Positions 51,775 through 64,000 of a stretch of 64,000 nucleotides of DNA are shown in pieces; the first letter of the stretch is position 1, and the number at the start of each line of letters is the position of its first letter. The notes beneath the pieces are model-generated. The model saw only the letters and a list, made by a program, of their open reading frames with translations. It was not told where the DNA came from and did no database searches. The position numbers and the translations under genes are program-made. This DNA comes from Blasia pusilla (taxonomy: Eukaryota), in the NCBI GenBank assembly GCA_050084515.1, contig CM114271.1, forward strand, positions 37,634,001-37,698,000, written 5' to 3'.

Positions 51775-53420
51775 CACTCTCTTGGACTTGGCTTGGTATC
51801 CACACCATGAAGCCAACCTCCCAATCCATTTCGTGCACTTGGCTCGCCCCGAAGCTCCCCAAAGTAGAGTTCAGGTTCTAAGCATCCCTTGGAGACCCTC
51901 CCCTTAAATATACTTTTAGAGATCTCCACCCCCTTCCCATCTTAATTTGGGAAAGTCCTCTTGGGCCACTCCTTTGGGCCTGGAATCCCATTGCCAATAT
52001 GATAGTTTTGGGGTACTTTCTAAAAAAAATTACGTTTTTTCTCTACAACTTTGGTGGGTTGGAATTTTATTTTCCTAAGATTTCCAATGACACCTTATTC
52101 ATCCCAAACGTACCTTAGATCTCGTCGTTATGACCTTAAACGTTCTTGTGTCATATTTTAGAGACTTCTCCAATGCGCATCCATACTAGTGCGAGCCTAC
52201 TAGAGTTCTAATGTTCCGTATCGACGCACGCTTGGCTATGAAGGTTGCAAAATTCACCCCTTGTTAGAGGTTGATGCCCTCATCAACGCAAACCTTTTAA
52301 TTTCAAGTCTTGTTGGGAAGACCACCCTTTGATTTCAAATTGCGTTCTTGTAGCTAACTTGCAATTCCTGTTTTGGCTTAAGTCTTAGATTGTCACACGC
52401 ACCACTTAGAAACATTTAGCTTCTCTTCTGAGGTGAACATAGATCATCTTCCTCCTGATAATCTAAGTTACCCTAATAAGCTATCCATCTTAGTCTAATA
52501 TCTAAGACTTCACTCGCTCACAACACATAAAAATCCCACCTGTTTGCAAGGTCCACAAGATGTACTGTTTTTGGATCAATATTGAATTTGACTCAGGCGC
52601 GTCACTAAGTTTACTCATGATATCGCAAGTAAGATCATCCCAAGCCCCAAGAGAGTGTGATCTACCTTTCCAACGCGAAGGCAAGCCCAAGTGTTGATTC
52701 CTCAACAGTTGGTCGTGTTCTAAGTGCTTATCCAAATCCAATCACTCTCCTCAAATATGTTATATCTCTCCTCTTAACTTATATCCTAAGCACATGAGGA
52801 ACTACTCATTGCCATGCACCAAAAGAAACTAATTGCAATAATTTCCTAAATCTCTAAATTGATGCATCACTTTAGAACAGCTTTTGGCCCAAGCTTCCAA
52901 TGGTCACAAATAATGTTCCTAGCCTCTCCATGTACTAACGCTTCTGTGCTTCCATTTGTAGTCTTGTAACACATCTTGAGCATGTTCCAAATCCACCTAC
53001 GCAATCCAAGTCACCTCCTTCATATGGTAGCCCTTCCACTTGACCAAGTACTAGTACTTGTTGGCCCTCCATCTCGAATCTCAAATGCAAGATGGTCTCT
53101 ACTTCAAACTCTAATTCTTCCTTGATGATCACTACTTGGGATCCAAATATTTTCTTGGAATGCCCATTATCTTGGAAGAACTTATTCAAAAAATACACAT
53201 GGAAAGTCGGGTGGATCTTGAACTCTTCTTGTAGCTCCAATATGTAGACATCCTCAAACGAGTTGGCCTTGATCACATACGGTCTAGTATTCTTGGCATA
53301 CAAGTTAGTGGACAAATTATTAAAAAGAGTAAAATTCTTCACACTAAACTACACTTACTCCCCCACTTGAAAAGTCACTTGGCGTCAACTCTTGTTAGCC
53401 TGCTTAACGTAGATTAATTG
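51775..53420 (-). mobile_element. 3' end of a chromodomain Ty3/Gypsy element: integrase C-terminus, chromodomain, 3' UTR, PPT, partial LTR
   Basis: KIHPTFHV, EFEVETIL and YLVKWKGY...TW at 52935-53342. AAGGGGTGAA tract at ~52253-52262. 51775-52252 is colinear with the first part of the solo LTR at 20222. Confidence 0.75.
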
Positions 53421-54061
53421 AGCCTTCGTAAGACTCGCTCTTGCCCAATTATCGATCATGCTCTTGCATCTCTGCTAATTGTTGTTTCTTGTTGCGTTTA
53501 TGCTCATGTAGACCCCTCAGAAAGGACCAAGTCAAGCATCCCTTCTAGCTGCTTGACTTGGCCCTATCTTGTGCCAAATGGTTTTCTCTCAAGGCTTAGC
53601 CAATCCCATGTTGACAAAAGTACATTACATATTATCTCTTCCAAAATATCCTCATCAACTCACTTCATATCCTCCAAACCACCCCAACTACCCTAGCCAC
53701 CAACCAAGACTAATTTTTCTTTTCTTTCATTAATACATCAACCCCATTACTTTACTTTTATACTTCCATCTCTTATTTATTACCTCTTTTCCTTAATTTG
53801 GGCCCGCACAAATGAGCCATCCTAAAGAGATTCAAAGATGTAACTTTCATTTTCCTAAGCTAATTTACTTAATACTAATAAAACTCTCTCTAACACTAAA
53901 TGAGAGAGGACTTTAAATAGTGGGTGATTTTACTATACGACAACAGATCTCGACGAGAAAATTGGCGATGTGAAAAAATAGGATTTCAAAAGAAAAAAAG
54001 GATCTTCTAGAACAAGCAACGGAGTCATACCGGCAACGAGCTACCTAACAAATGGTGTACA

Positions 54062-55822
54062 GGTTCCTTATCTCCTATGTGAATGAAGGTACACAGATTA
54101 GTATCCCGTCGCGTGTAGAGTGTGGGCTTCTCCTCTAGATGGAGACAGATTCTCCATGTACGACATGGGGCATGATATGTGTGATTGGGAAGTCTTAAAT
54201 TATCCAATCTATTTGGACATCAACGACCGTGAAGAGATCAGGGATAAGAACCTATGAGTGGTCTATGATGCAATTGTTGCTAGCAAGGACAACATCCCCA
54301 ACCTATTGAAGGTTGCCTCCTTATAGAACATTTTCCTTCATAATTCTAGTTGTGGGATGAGAACCCATAAGATACTATTCCGGATTGGAATACTCCACTA
54401 ACTTACGACCATATCGCACTTTTTTTTTCTTTTGCATACGCATATTTGAGTGATAGGGGTGTTTCTGGGTTCTGTATGGAGGGAGTGAAGACAAGCTCTT
54501 CAACCTTCCGTGCATGAAGAGATCTTTGAAGTTGCAGACGGTGCAATCTTGGATGACCAAGAATGACTATCCACTGAGATCTCCAACAAATCAAATCCGC
54601 GTAAGTCCCAAAAAACTATATGCTTCTTTTTTATATGATTTTGTTTCAGAAATTTGGGTCAGACATGCAATCCGTCAGATTTTGAGGGATTGCGGGAAGT
54701 TGTTTTGTGAGCTTAATTATGTGCAACCTGTCGGACTCTAACAGGTTGCCTATAGACCAAGAAAATTGGATTTGCAACCCAACGGATTGTGGATCCACTA
54801 TTCTGAGTGTTGTAGAGCAATCCGCTGGATTCCGACGGGTAGCTTTGCACATATGTACACCTTGCAACCCGTCAGAATCTGATGGGTTGCAACTGGACTT
54901 CTCTTCAATCTACAGAGCAACCTGTTGGTTTTCGACGGCTTGCTTGCTTCTTCCTCCTTATAGCTGAAATCCTTTTGCCCATGTCTTGTGCACAGATTGA
55001 GAACTCATATGTCTATTGTTTTGTCAGACTAGAGCATAATTTCCTGGTGTTTGAGATCTCAGATCCAATTCATCCATCCTTCAATGGGTTCACATTGGAC
55101 AGCCTTTACAATTCGCTCCCAGGAATTTTCATGCAGGAAGGTACGCCTTTACTTGGAGGAAGGGAGAACTCTCCGGCGCTGATGTAGACGCTCAAGGAGC
55201 TATGCTCGAGACCGAGTGATTTCGTCTTGGATTTGGTCGGCTTATCAGGGGCGAGTGTAAGAGGCGCCTAGCAGAGTGGAAGGAACATACTCTGCCTTGA
55301 GGGAAGGAGGCAACTATTTGACCTTTGCAAGGAGGTAAAGGCAGACTACGAAAGGCTGGTGGGAGTATACAATTTGCCTCCAAGGCAAAGTGCATTAGCA
55401 GCAAAGCCATTGGTAGTGACAGTATCGTCACTACTTGTTATTCCTTAAATCAGGCGGGCAAAGTCGAGAATCATTTTGGAAGAGCTCTCGGATGATGACG
55501 AGTGAGTTCAATCAATTTCTCGAGGTCACAAGCGTTGGGGAGTTGGGATTTAGTGGTTTCAAACGGCGGAGCACATATTGATACGTACTAGATGGGTGTA
55601 AACTTGTAGAGCATAAAGATATTTTTCCAAGGCATCCATTGGGACTTTTCTCATGTGACATGGGATTGATATGGTGTACCTAGGAGGGCAAGGCTTTTGA
55701 ATTTCCTTTCTTTCTCAATCCCCATCTACAATCGGCCAAAGGAGCCACTTGTCTCTCCAAAGAAGTCTATTGTAAAGGAACCAAGGAGAGTTAGGAGTAT
55801 TTTTGTAGATGATGAGGCATAA
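54062..55822 (+). pseudogene. Decayed spliced gene resembling a beta-class N4-cytosine/N6-adenine DNA methyltransferase
   Basis: Exon ...IPDWN...FFSFAYAYLSDRG/CFWVLY...SWMTKNDYPL. GT-AG intron at 54601-54995 joins in frame to ...GTPLLGGRENSPALM*TLKELCSRPSDFVLDLVGLSGASVRGA*QSGRNILCLE...LFD, resembling motifs X-I-II (KP..L..LI...S..GD.VLDPF.GSG....A...GR..IG.E). Confidence 0.7.
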
Positions 55823-58800
55823 GAGATCATAGACTAGACTTTCTAGTTTAGGAAATCAAATGTAAATTTTTTAGTTGCGATCGAATTATAATGAAGGACT
55901 TCCATGTTTTCTAACATTCTTGAAGTGGTTTCCTTCTTTTTGGTTTTCTTTCTCTGGTCTCTCTTGGACTCTACTAGACAATTTTGGTGGCTTGTAACCC
56001 GTCGGATTCCGACGGGTTGCATGTCTAACTGGGGATGTGTTTTGTGATGTTTTGCTTTATGAATGGTTCAAACTTGTAAAATAGTTCTCTGGTTTCCTCT
56101 TATGGTTGTCGGATTCCGACGGGTTGCAAAATAAAAAAACAAAGACAATGCTTGTAACTTGTCAGATTGTGACATGTTGTGAGAGGTGATATTGTTTTCC
56201 TTATCTCTTTTTTTTTTGCTGCCCTTGGGAGTTGTGTCTCTAAAATTTTCCTCTCTTCCTCTCCTCTCTTGCAACCTCTCAGATTCTGACGAATTGCAGG
56301 TATGAATGGAACTTGTGTTTCCTAACATTTATTCATATGACCCCTAATGACAAATCATTCTTATACCTTTTTGCTTACATCTTGTCATGCAACCTGTCGG
56401 ATTTTGACAGGTTGTAGGTCCGGGTGATTTGAGTTGATCTCTCTTTTTTCTAATCTTTGATCTGCACGTGTGGGTTTCTTGTCTTATCTCCACATATATG
56501 ACAGGTTGTTATCCATTTTTTCCTTATCTTTGATGACTCATATCTTCTAACTCTTCCTCTACTAGATGATTGCCTCCTATTCATTTCAGTTGCTATTTCT
56601 CTCACCTTTGATCACAATGGAACCTATGGATTTCTTGTCATATCTTCACATGTAGGTAGGCTATTTCCTATGGATTTTCAATGGTCATGTCTGTGAATAA
56701 GTCTATTACAAAATCACCTCTCCTCTCTCTCAGTTCCTTTATCTCCAAGATTATCATGAGTGGTTGTTGAATTCTGACAAATTGTCGGAAATAAGGCTGG
56801 GAGTCTTGAATTAAAAGCCCAAAATCTTTCCATATATTGAGAAGACTAATCCTTGTCTCTTTGTCTAATCCATATATCTGGCTTACACACATAGTTTGGT
56901 AAGAAATCGGATTCCCTTCACTCCCTCATCTTGCTTACAGATAGAATTATTGAAGCATGTCCAAAGCAGGCTTCACATTTCCAACTTTACATGTTGGTCT
57001 GGAAAAATGAGGTTGGTTTTTTCCCCAAGGTGGTCCACTTACATCTCTCTTCAAAACTTTTTTTATTTTTGAAGTAGAGGAGAAACTTCAAAAATAAAAA
57101 ACAAGGGGAGATATTAAAGAAATCTATTCCCCGAAACTTGAAGTAGGAATGTGTATGCAAACTTTGGGTTAGGTTTGTTTCCATTAGATCTCATGAGGTC
57201 AATGACATTCACATTAATGTCTTTATCTTGAAGCACATTGTCACGAACTTGTGAGTTGGAGTAAAAGCTAGATTGGAAAAAGCAAGAATTATAAATGTGG
57301 AACTCAAAGCACTCGCAAGTTGAAGACCTCCGACATTGGACAAAACATGCTTCAAAGGCAAGCCATAGATTCTGTATTGTCCATTGAAATATGGTGGAAT
57401 TTTCCATACTTTGGACTCTCCAATCTCGCGTTGGACTGTTTCACCTATAACCTCATCCTTTCCATCCATCTTGATATCCTTGGAAATAAAGATAGTTTAA
57501 ATTCAGAGAAGAAATTGGAGTGAAAAGAATTTTGTAAGACTACTATATGAACATCCCTAGGTTGCACTCCAATAATATCTAGCGGCTTTTCCTCTAATTG
57601 AGGAAGAGTTGCTAGATAACTGCCACATGTGAGTTTCAAAAAAAATTCCATCTGGATATGACGGAAAAGCTGATTGTTGGAGAAAGAAATGAGAATGAGA
57701 ATGAGAATGTTGAATTTATAGTGAACAATATATGAGTTTATTCTAACAGGATTGGTTTAACATACACTTCGTAGTTAGGTTCAAGTAGCGCTAATTGATG
57801 GGACCAAGGGATAAAGAATATTCCATCAAAAAATCCGTGGGTATCCAACCCGTCGAACTTTGATGGGTTGCTTTGGGGTATGATTATAGCGAGTCGAGGG
57901 GACAGCCGAGGAACTTTAGGGAATCCTACATGCTGTAGTACAATCCATTGGATTCTGATGGATTGCCAAGGTTGGGATTTTTAGGTTCTTGGATGCAGTG
58001 AGGGGGCTATTTTTGAGCTAAGTTCGATGGGTTATAGTGGGGCCATGGAGAGTTGTAATAGGTACATTATCAACAAATATGGGGACAAAGGGTGGGGGAA
58101 GTCATGTAAGAAACTTGTCGGAATCCTAAAGGTTGCAATCTTATCCGTCATATGTCATGATAGATGAGACAAAGGGGATATAGTATCGAGGCCTTAGAGG
58201 GGTCTTGTACTTCCCTATTATGCGGTGACCTACGAGTGTAGGTCATCCTTTCCTTTATGAAGAGTAGAAACCTTGGAGAAGTTGATCCTCCCATCATTGT
58301 GTGGGCCCATAGGGTTGAGGGGTAGTTGGTAGTTGGTGTCATGAGAGAACCACAAATGTAGTTGTTAGGGAGTTAGTACTTTATGTACTCGAAGTCGTTA
58401 ATGACCTACTTGGAGGGAAGTTACCTATGTGTACATGTCACCCATATGCATGGAGATGCCTAGGAGGGGTATACCTTGGATAAAGCTCATTCGGAGCTCA
58501 TCTTCCTTAGGATCAGACCCATGTTGGGATCCATGATGGAGTGCAGCTTGCATGTATTGAGCCTGGATTCTCTCTTGAAGAGTGGTCTAGGATTGATCGA
58601 AGATCACACACATTGAGAGTTTCTTTTCATACTTTCTCTTATTGTTACATCATTGTGTATCATTGATATGGATGTTTGGATGAAGCATAGTTGATGGCTG
58701 ATTTCATCAAGTTTCACAATATATTCATATCAACTTTATATCTTAAAGGGGTTGTCCAATTGTTCATGTGTAGATATAGTAGGATTCATAATTAGATGGA

Positions 58801-59163
58801 TCTTAGACTTGTGTATGTTGGGAGCAATGTCTATTCGCACATCATGTACTCAAATGGGTTGCAGGGGATGGTGGTGGGTTAATCCGTCAAAGTCCGACAT
58901 GTTAAAATTGGCTGATAGTTAGGCGTCTCTAGTTTGGACGGTCCACAGTAGGATGGGTCAGAGGTGTCGTTGGGGCAACCTGTCGGATTCTGATGGGTTG
59001 CTTTGAGCTCTTGTTAGGATAGCTGGGGCATGGCTTAGGGCAAAGTGGCTTAGGGTAGTGTTGGGTCAACCCGTTGGATTCCGAAAGGTTGCAATTGGTT
59101 GGAGGTAGGGCGATTGGGATGCAGGTAAGTTTGAGGGCCACCCGTTGAAATTCCACGGGTTGC
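54667..59163. repeat. Dispersed 27-bp palindrome GCAACCCGTCGGAWTCCGACGGGTTGC, about 18 copies in three clusters
   Basis: Copies start at 54667, 54723, 54774 (partial), 54817, 54864, 54917; 55994, ~56101, 56154, 56271, 56389; 57845, 57940, 58110, 58879, 58975, 59066, 59137. Confidence 0.92.
56500..57651 (-). pseudogene. Decayed ORF of unknown family, convergent with the methyltransferase-like gene
   Basis: A chain of overlapping minus-strand ORF fragments between palindrome clusters 2 and 3. No motif recognised. Confidence 0.3.
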
Positions 59164-59601
59164 ATCTCGCCTACTCACAGAATGCACAATAACAATCAAC
59201 CATTACCACTAACGGCTAGTAGTCACCATTGTTTTCACTCCAACGGTCGGAAGCCAACGACTTTGAAAGTGTATAAAGACCAACTTTTGGCCCATTAATT
59301 TTTTCATTTCCCACAAATTTCAAAGAGCTCTCCTTTCTTAGAAGACCTTGATAGTTGGCAGTGAAGCGACTCGACAATTGCACAAAAGTGTTGGTGGTTG
59401 ATCCCCGTTCCTTCAGTCGATTGGGAAAACGGTCGGTATCTTTTTGGCGGGAAGCTGAAGACCAATTAGGTAGAAAAAAATTTAGGCGCAATGGTGAGGG
59501 TTAGATTGTATCTTGTCATTCATCTTTGCAGAAAGGCCAAGCAGTGCGCCTCTAGCTTTTAGCTCCTTCGATGGAATTTTTGTACATCCCTCACTTCGCT
59601 C

Positions 59602-60645
59602 ATGACTCGGAAGAAGTCCCAAGCCAGCAAGGGTGGGAGCTTCACTTCCAAGTCCTATGGCACTCCAAGGTCAACTTATCCTAGTCGATTCTCAACGGTG
59701 GATATACGGCAAGAAGAGATAGAGGAACCGGAAAGAGAACCGAAGATGCAAAGGCAAGAGCTCGAGGAAAAACTTGCCTTGGAAAAGATTGCAAGACGAT
59801 AGAAGAAATACGTCTTGGAGGCGGTCAAGAAAGAGAATAAGACACTTGTTGATGAGTTGAAAGAGAAGAAGCGGAAGGATGTTGCATTTCGGAAACCAAA
59901 ATTGGCCAGAGCACATAAGGAGAAGGCTGTGACTACAAAAGAAGAAAGTCGCCCACGTCCCAAAGACAATGTGGAAATGGAGGATGTCCCTTCCTGGAAA
60001 TCAAGCGGTAACATGCAAGAGAGCAACCCCAACAACATCCCAAACAACATTAAAGAGGAGAAGAAAACAATGAGTGTTGAGATGGTGGACGTCTCCTAAT
60101 CAAGTTCTAGAGGAGATACTACGTTGTCGTTGGACCCTCTAGTACAATTAGACCTATTCCACACGGATGAGTTTCGTGTAAAATTGCTAACTGCTACTCT
60201 AGAGCAACTCATCGGGTTAGATATAGATCCAATCTTCAAAAGGGTAAGCAACGATTGAGATTATTTTTTTAAGCATTTGATTAGCTACCATAATGGAAAA
60301 CACCTGCTAATTGATTGTTGAATTTCTTGAAGGAATGTAAGTTAGACCCTAAACTTGCAAATAGCAATAGGCCAGGAATAGCTAATCTTGAGGCTATTCT
60401 CTTGAAGGCCTTTGTGATGCAGGGGGTGACTTGAAGGATGGGAAATATCACCAAGATTGGTGCTCAATATTGAACCATACAATGTTGAGAAAGTGCAAGT
60501 AGCAATAGATAAAGAAGACTCCTTAGAAGAACGTGGCAGTAATAGAGATATAGAAAGCAAGAGTTGGAAGTTCCTCACTTTCTCATTGGTAGAAAGGAGG
60601 TCATTTGTGGGACTCTCTTTATCATGTCATTTAACAAAAAGATAG
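59602..60645 (+). pseudogene. Decayed ORF with a K/E-rich coiled-coil N-terminus, unknown family (likely TE accessory ORF)
   Basis: ORFs 59602-59802, 59815-60099 and 60457-60645 share one frame and are separated by stops. Confidence 0.4.
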
Positions 60646-61460
60646 GGAGCCAAAAAAAAAAAAAAAAAAAAACTAGGGATACATTAGATAAGATATAACC
60701 TAACCTCTCTCTAGTACAAATTTAGAGATTGATATGGATGTTCAGAGTATTCAAAATCCTGCAAAGAGTTGAGGAATCGCAACGTGATGGCTAGGAAGGC
60801 CAGAGAATCACTTTGTTTTGGTAGGTTGAAAGACTTGTAAGCAACTCTCCCTATGTAGAAAAAGTTTCCTTGATTGTGTTTTCCCAATTGGATTACTATT
60901 GGGGGCATGTTGTTTGTGTATTTGACCTTAATTACTTAAGGACATACTTTACTTACAATAAATCTAATATAGTTTCTTGTATAATTGACGGATTCAACAT
61001 GCTGAGGGTTGTGAAGCCTTGCAAGCCCCTTCATGAACATAATGCATGTCTTCAGCCAAGGTTGAGTATGCGGTTGGAAGGGAAAGGGAATCATCAAATA
61101 TTGACATTTGAAGTTGAATCCATCTAGGACACAAAGTCAAAAGACCACCATTACAAGCCAAGATCAAATATGTCACACTATACATTAGATGATAATAATG
61201 AGGCTTGCTTGGATGATGGGAGGGTAAATTTATTTCATTTTAGTTCTTTTGGGCATTCCTTCATGCTAGTGACAATCATTTGAAGCATAAAAAATCCATA
61301 CTCATTTTTTGGTTGCTTGTTAGCAACCTACGAGAATGGATCTAGGGTCTTTTTCCCCCCAAGATTTGAAGGTCCCATTCATTTAGTTATGCAGCCTCCC
61401 ATTTTATGAGAGGAATAAGTAAACCATATGCAAGTTCCATGTTTGTAGTATTGTATACGG

Positions 61461-64000
61461 TGTCGTGCACATACACATTGCTACACAACATACATGGCTA
61501 TCACCGAACACACACACAAACACGCACGATCCCATGCTAACTCATGGCATCCAAACAACGAGACAAGAAGTACCAAAATATCTCTAATAAAATAAGAACC
61601 AATCTCTCTCACAACACATAATTCTCATATGTGTGCACTCTCACATGTCTCTCTCAATGTCAAACCAAACCCACTCTCCTAATGAGAGGCTTGGGTTACA
61701 CTTACAAGGCAAGGGACCATAGCTCCCCCGCCTCGTGCCAAGAGGTTCAACAAAGAGAGAATGAGCTCTCAAGCTCTCTCTCCTTGAGATATACCCCTCC
61801 CCTCTCCCAAGCTCTCTCCATGGTAACATATGCTCCCAAGTCACCTCCTTGGCTCTTGACCTAATGTAGGAGGTCAAGGACCACTTACAAAAAATAAAAA
61901 GTCAATCATATACTCAAAATGGTACTTACCTAGGATAATAAGTTCCTCAATATGGCTCCAAATAAGCCGAAACGAAGGGGAAACCTGCTCTCACGTTTCC
62001 TGGGGCCTCAGTAGGTCATCCTCAACCTCCTGAGTCTATCTTCCACTACTCGCAAAGACGCTCTACTAGATCTCACCGATCTATCCTAAAAGACATGAGA
62101 GTTGTCATGCGTATACACATCGTTACACAACATGCATCGTTGTCACCGAACACACACACAAAAATGCACGATCCTATGCTAACTCATGGCATCCAAACAA
62201 TAAGACAAGAAGTACCAAAATATCTCCAATCACCCCCCTAGCTAGTGGTTAGGTCCCTGTAACTCCAGATAGTCATCTATCCCTACCTACCATGACAAAC
62301 ATCTCTCAAACGTTAAGAGCAAGAAGTTCGGGTGCTCATATGATCCCATCGTTAGTCGCCTTCTTGTCATCCATGTCACAGACACAAGTCGGAATGTAGA
62401 ACTACCTACTTTATGTACACCTGGGACACATCCATCGTCCCTGAGAAACCCTAGTGAGAGGTGGCGTCAAGCATGCCATATGCTCTCGAACATCCATCAC
62501 AGACTAACATAGTGGTTGCACCACGAGCAGAACCACACAACATACATCGTAAGCCTGCAGGAACTACCGCTAAGCTTGGATCAACTATATCGTCAATGTT
62601 CAAAAGGTGACACGGTGCACAGTTACGCATATGGTCATTCCAAACCATACCATCGCGTCCTGCCAATAAGAGAACACTTGATGGCAAAACCTCACGCACT
62701 CTGAAGATGGTGCATCCTGTAGTCACATCCACTGTCGTGGGTGCCATTTGCTGCAAGTAGACATAGTTTCCCTGATGAAACCTCCGGATAGTAGGTCGAT
62801 AACCACCCTTCCCGAATAGTCGCATACCTCAATGTATCCCGATGCAGCACAATCGCCAACTTTTCAAACTCCGTGGATATTACTCTCCAAAATAATTCAG
62901 CCCTCTGAGAACATGCTCACATTCATACATGAGGGTCATCAAGGTTTAACACCTCACCAACATCTCGACGAATGGCCCTAGGTAAATATGGCTCTCCGCC
63001 ATACAAAAGCAAGTTCGGTGAGAAAGACGCTAAGGATGCTTGCTTGTTGAATTTGTATCCCATCGCCATCCACGGCAACTAGAGGTCACAATCTCCTAAG
63101 TGACCTCTCTATAAGCCATACTTGCGTAGTCCTCTCTTCAGCGTCTGCACAACCCGCTCCGCTAGTCCATCCGCCTCAGGATGATCTCGTGAAGTAGTGC
63201 GGTGGTCGATCAGTGCCTGATCATACAAGGCCTTAAACTCCTTGCAAAACTCTGTACCTAGCTAGTGCGCTGTAATGACTCAACACTTGATCTAGGAAGG
63301 CATACGCTACTCCCTCACTCGCTTTGTCAGGCAATGCAACCAACTCTATCTACTCAGAGAAGTGCTCGACCATCACCAACACATAACGACTATGGCGCTC
63401 CGTCAAAGGCAAAGATCTTGCAAAATCCAAACTCCATCTATAACCTAAACCCATGATTGGAAGTGGATGCAAATGTGGAGTCGGAGCATTGAATGATGCT
63501 CGGACTCGATCACACACCATGCATCTGGCAACAAACTGTTGAACGTCAGTCTGCATGCCTCGCCACCAATACTGAATCTGGAGCAAGTTGTACGTCCACT
63601 TCACTCCAAAATGATCCAACTCCTCATGGGCATGACGTACCAAATGTGCTCTCTGAGAAGGATGAGGCACTACACGCACTCTACCATCCTCCCACACTCG
63701 CAACATATATGTCCCCTCCCATCGGAACCGTCTGGCTCGCAATAGATCCTATCCCGCTCTCTAGCACCCACTGTGCTCGGGACGCTGCCAGTACGCAGGT
63801 ACTCTAGACCACTCCATCGTCGTGAATGTCTCGGCCACCTGTCGTCTCCTCATCGGCCTCTGGATCTAAGGACTCTCCATCAGACCTCGCCATCGAAGTC
63901 TCAAAAATCTGGCTCTCCATAGCCAATAAACCCAAATAGGCTGACGCATGCCATCCTGGCACCAACTCCTCATCACTCTCAGCATGCCAACGAGCTCCAA
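61461..64000 (-). mobile_element. 3' part of a Ty3/Gypsy element with integrase and a C-terminal PHD finger; runs off the window
   Basis: HAHEELDHFG...YWWRGM...CMVC and WSLDF integrase motifs. PHD-like CMLCG...MLVCDGCSR. PPT TAGGGGGG at 62233-62240. LTR at 61461-62100 plus a partial LTR copy at 62103-62230. Confidence 0.93.

Noticed and set aside
52262-52744. Separate LTR (TGTTAG...CA)
   Set aside because: There is no second copy or TSD. It is more simply read as the 3' UTR between the chromodomain and the PPT at ~52253.
54667-54943. CRISPR array (palindromic repeats with unique spacers)
   Set aside because: Spacing is irregular, the repeats are degenerate, no cas genes are present, and the cluster lies inside an apparent spliceosomal intron in eukaryotic DNA.

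Overview
Gene-poor, transposon-dense eukaryotic nuclear DNA. It is most likely from a bryophyte, and the intron position in the mitochondrial insert points to a liverwort (inference). I found no intact host protein-coding gene. Class II content: two complete ~212-bp non-autonomous Helitrons, a disrupted hAT (ZNF862/DUF4371-type) transposase, CACTA ends and TnpA-like remnants, and a Sola/DUF7869-like remnant. Class I content: a full-length degenerate Ty1/Copia with both LTRs, a second truncated Copia, a solo LTR with a perfect TSD, and three Ty3/Gypsy remnants (gag-protease, chromodomain, PHD-finger type). Other content: ~180-bp tandem arrays in both orientations, decayed kinase and RING genes, and a ~1-kb mitochondrial insertion (group II intron plus cox3 exon). 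The most unusual signal is at 54.0-59.2 kb. There, a decayed, spliced gene with the motif order of a prokaryote-type beta-class N4C/N6A DNA methyltransferase has ~18 copies of a 27-bp palindrome (GCAACCCGTCGGAWTCCGACGGGTTGC) in its intron and downstream non-coding gaps. The window also holds many fold-back palindromes and orphan LTR-end fragments that look like templated repair scars. All protein-family calls are by-eye motif recognition; no searches were run.
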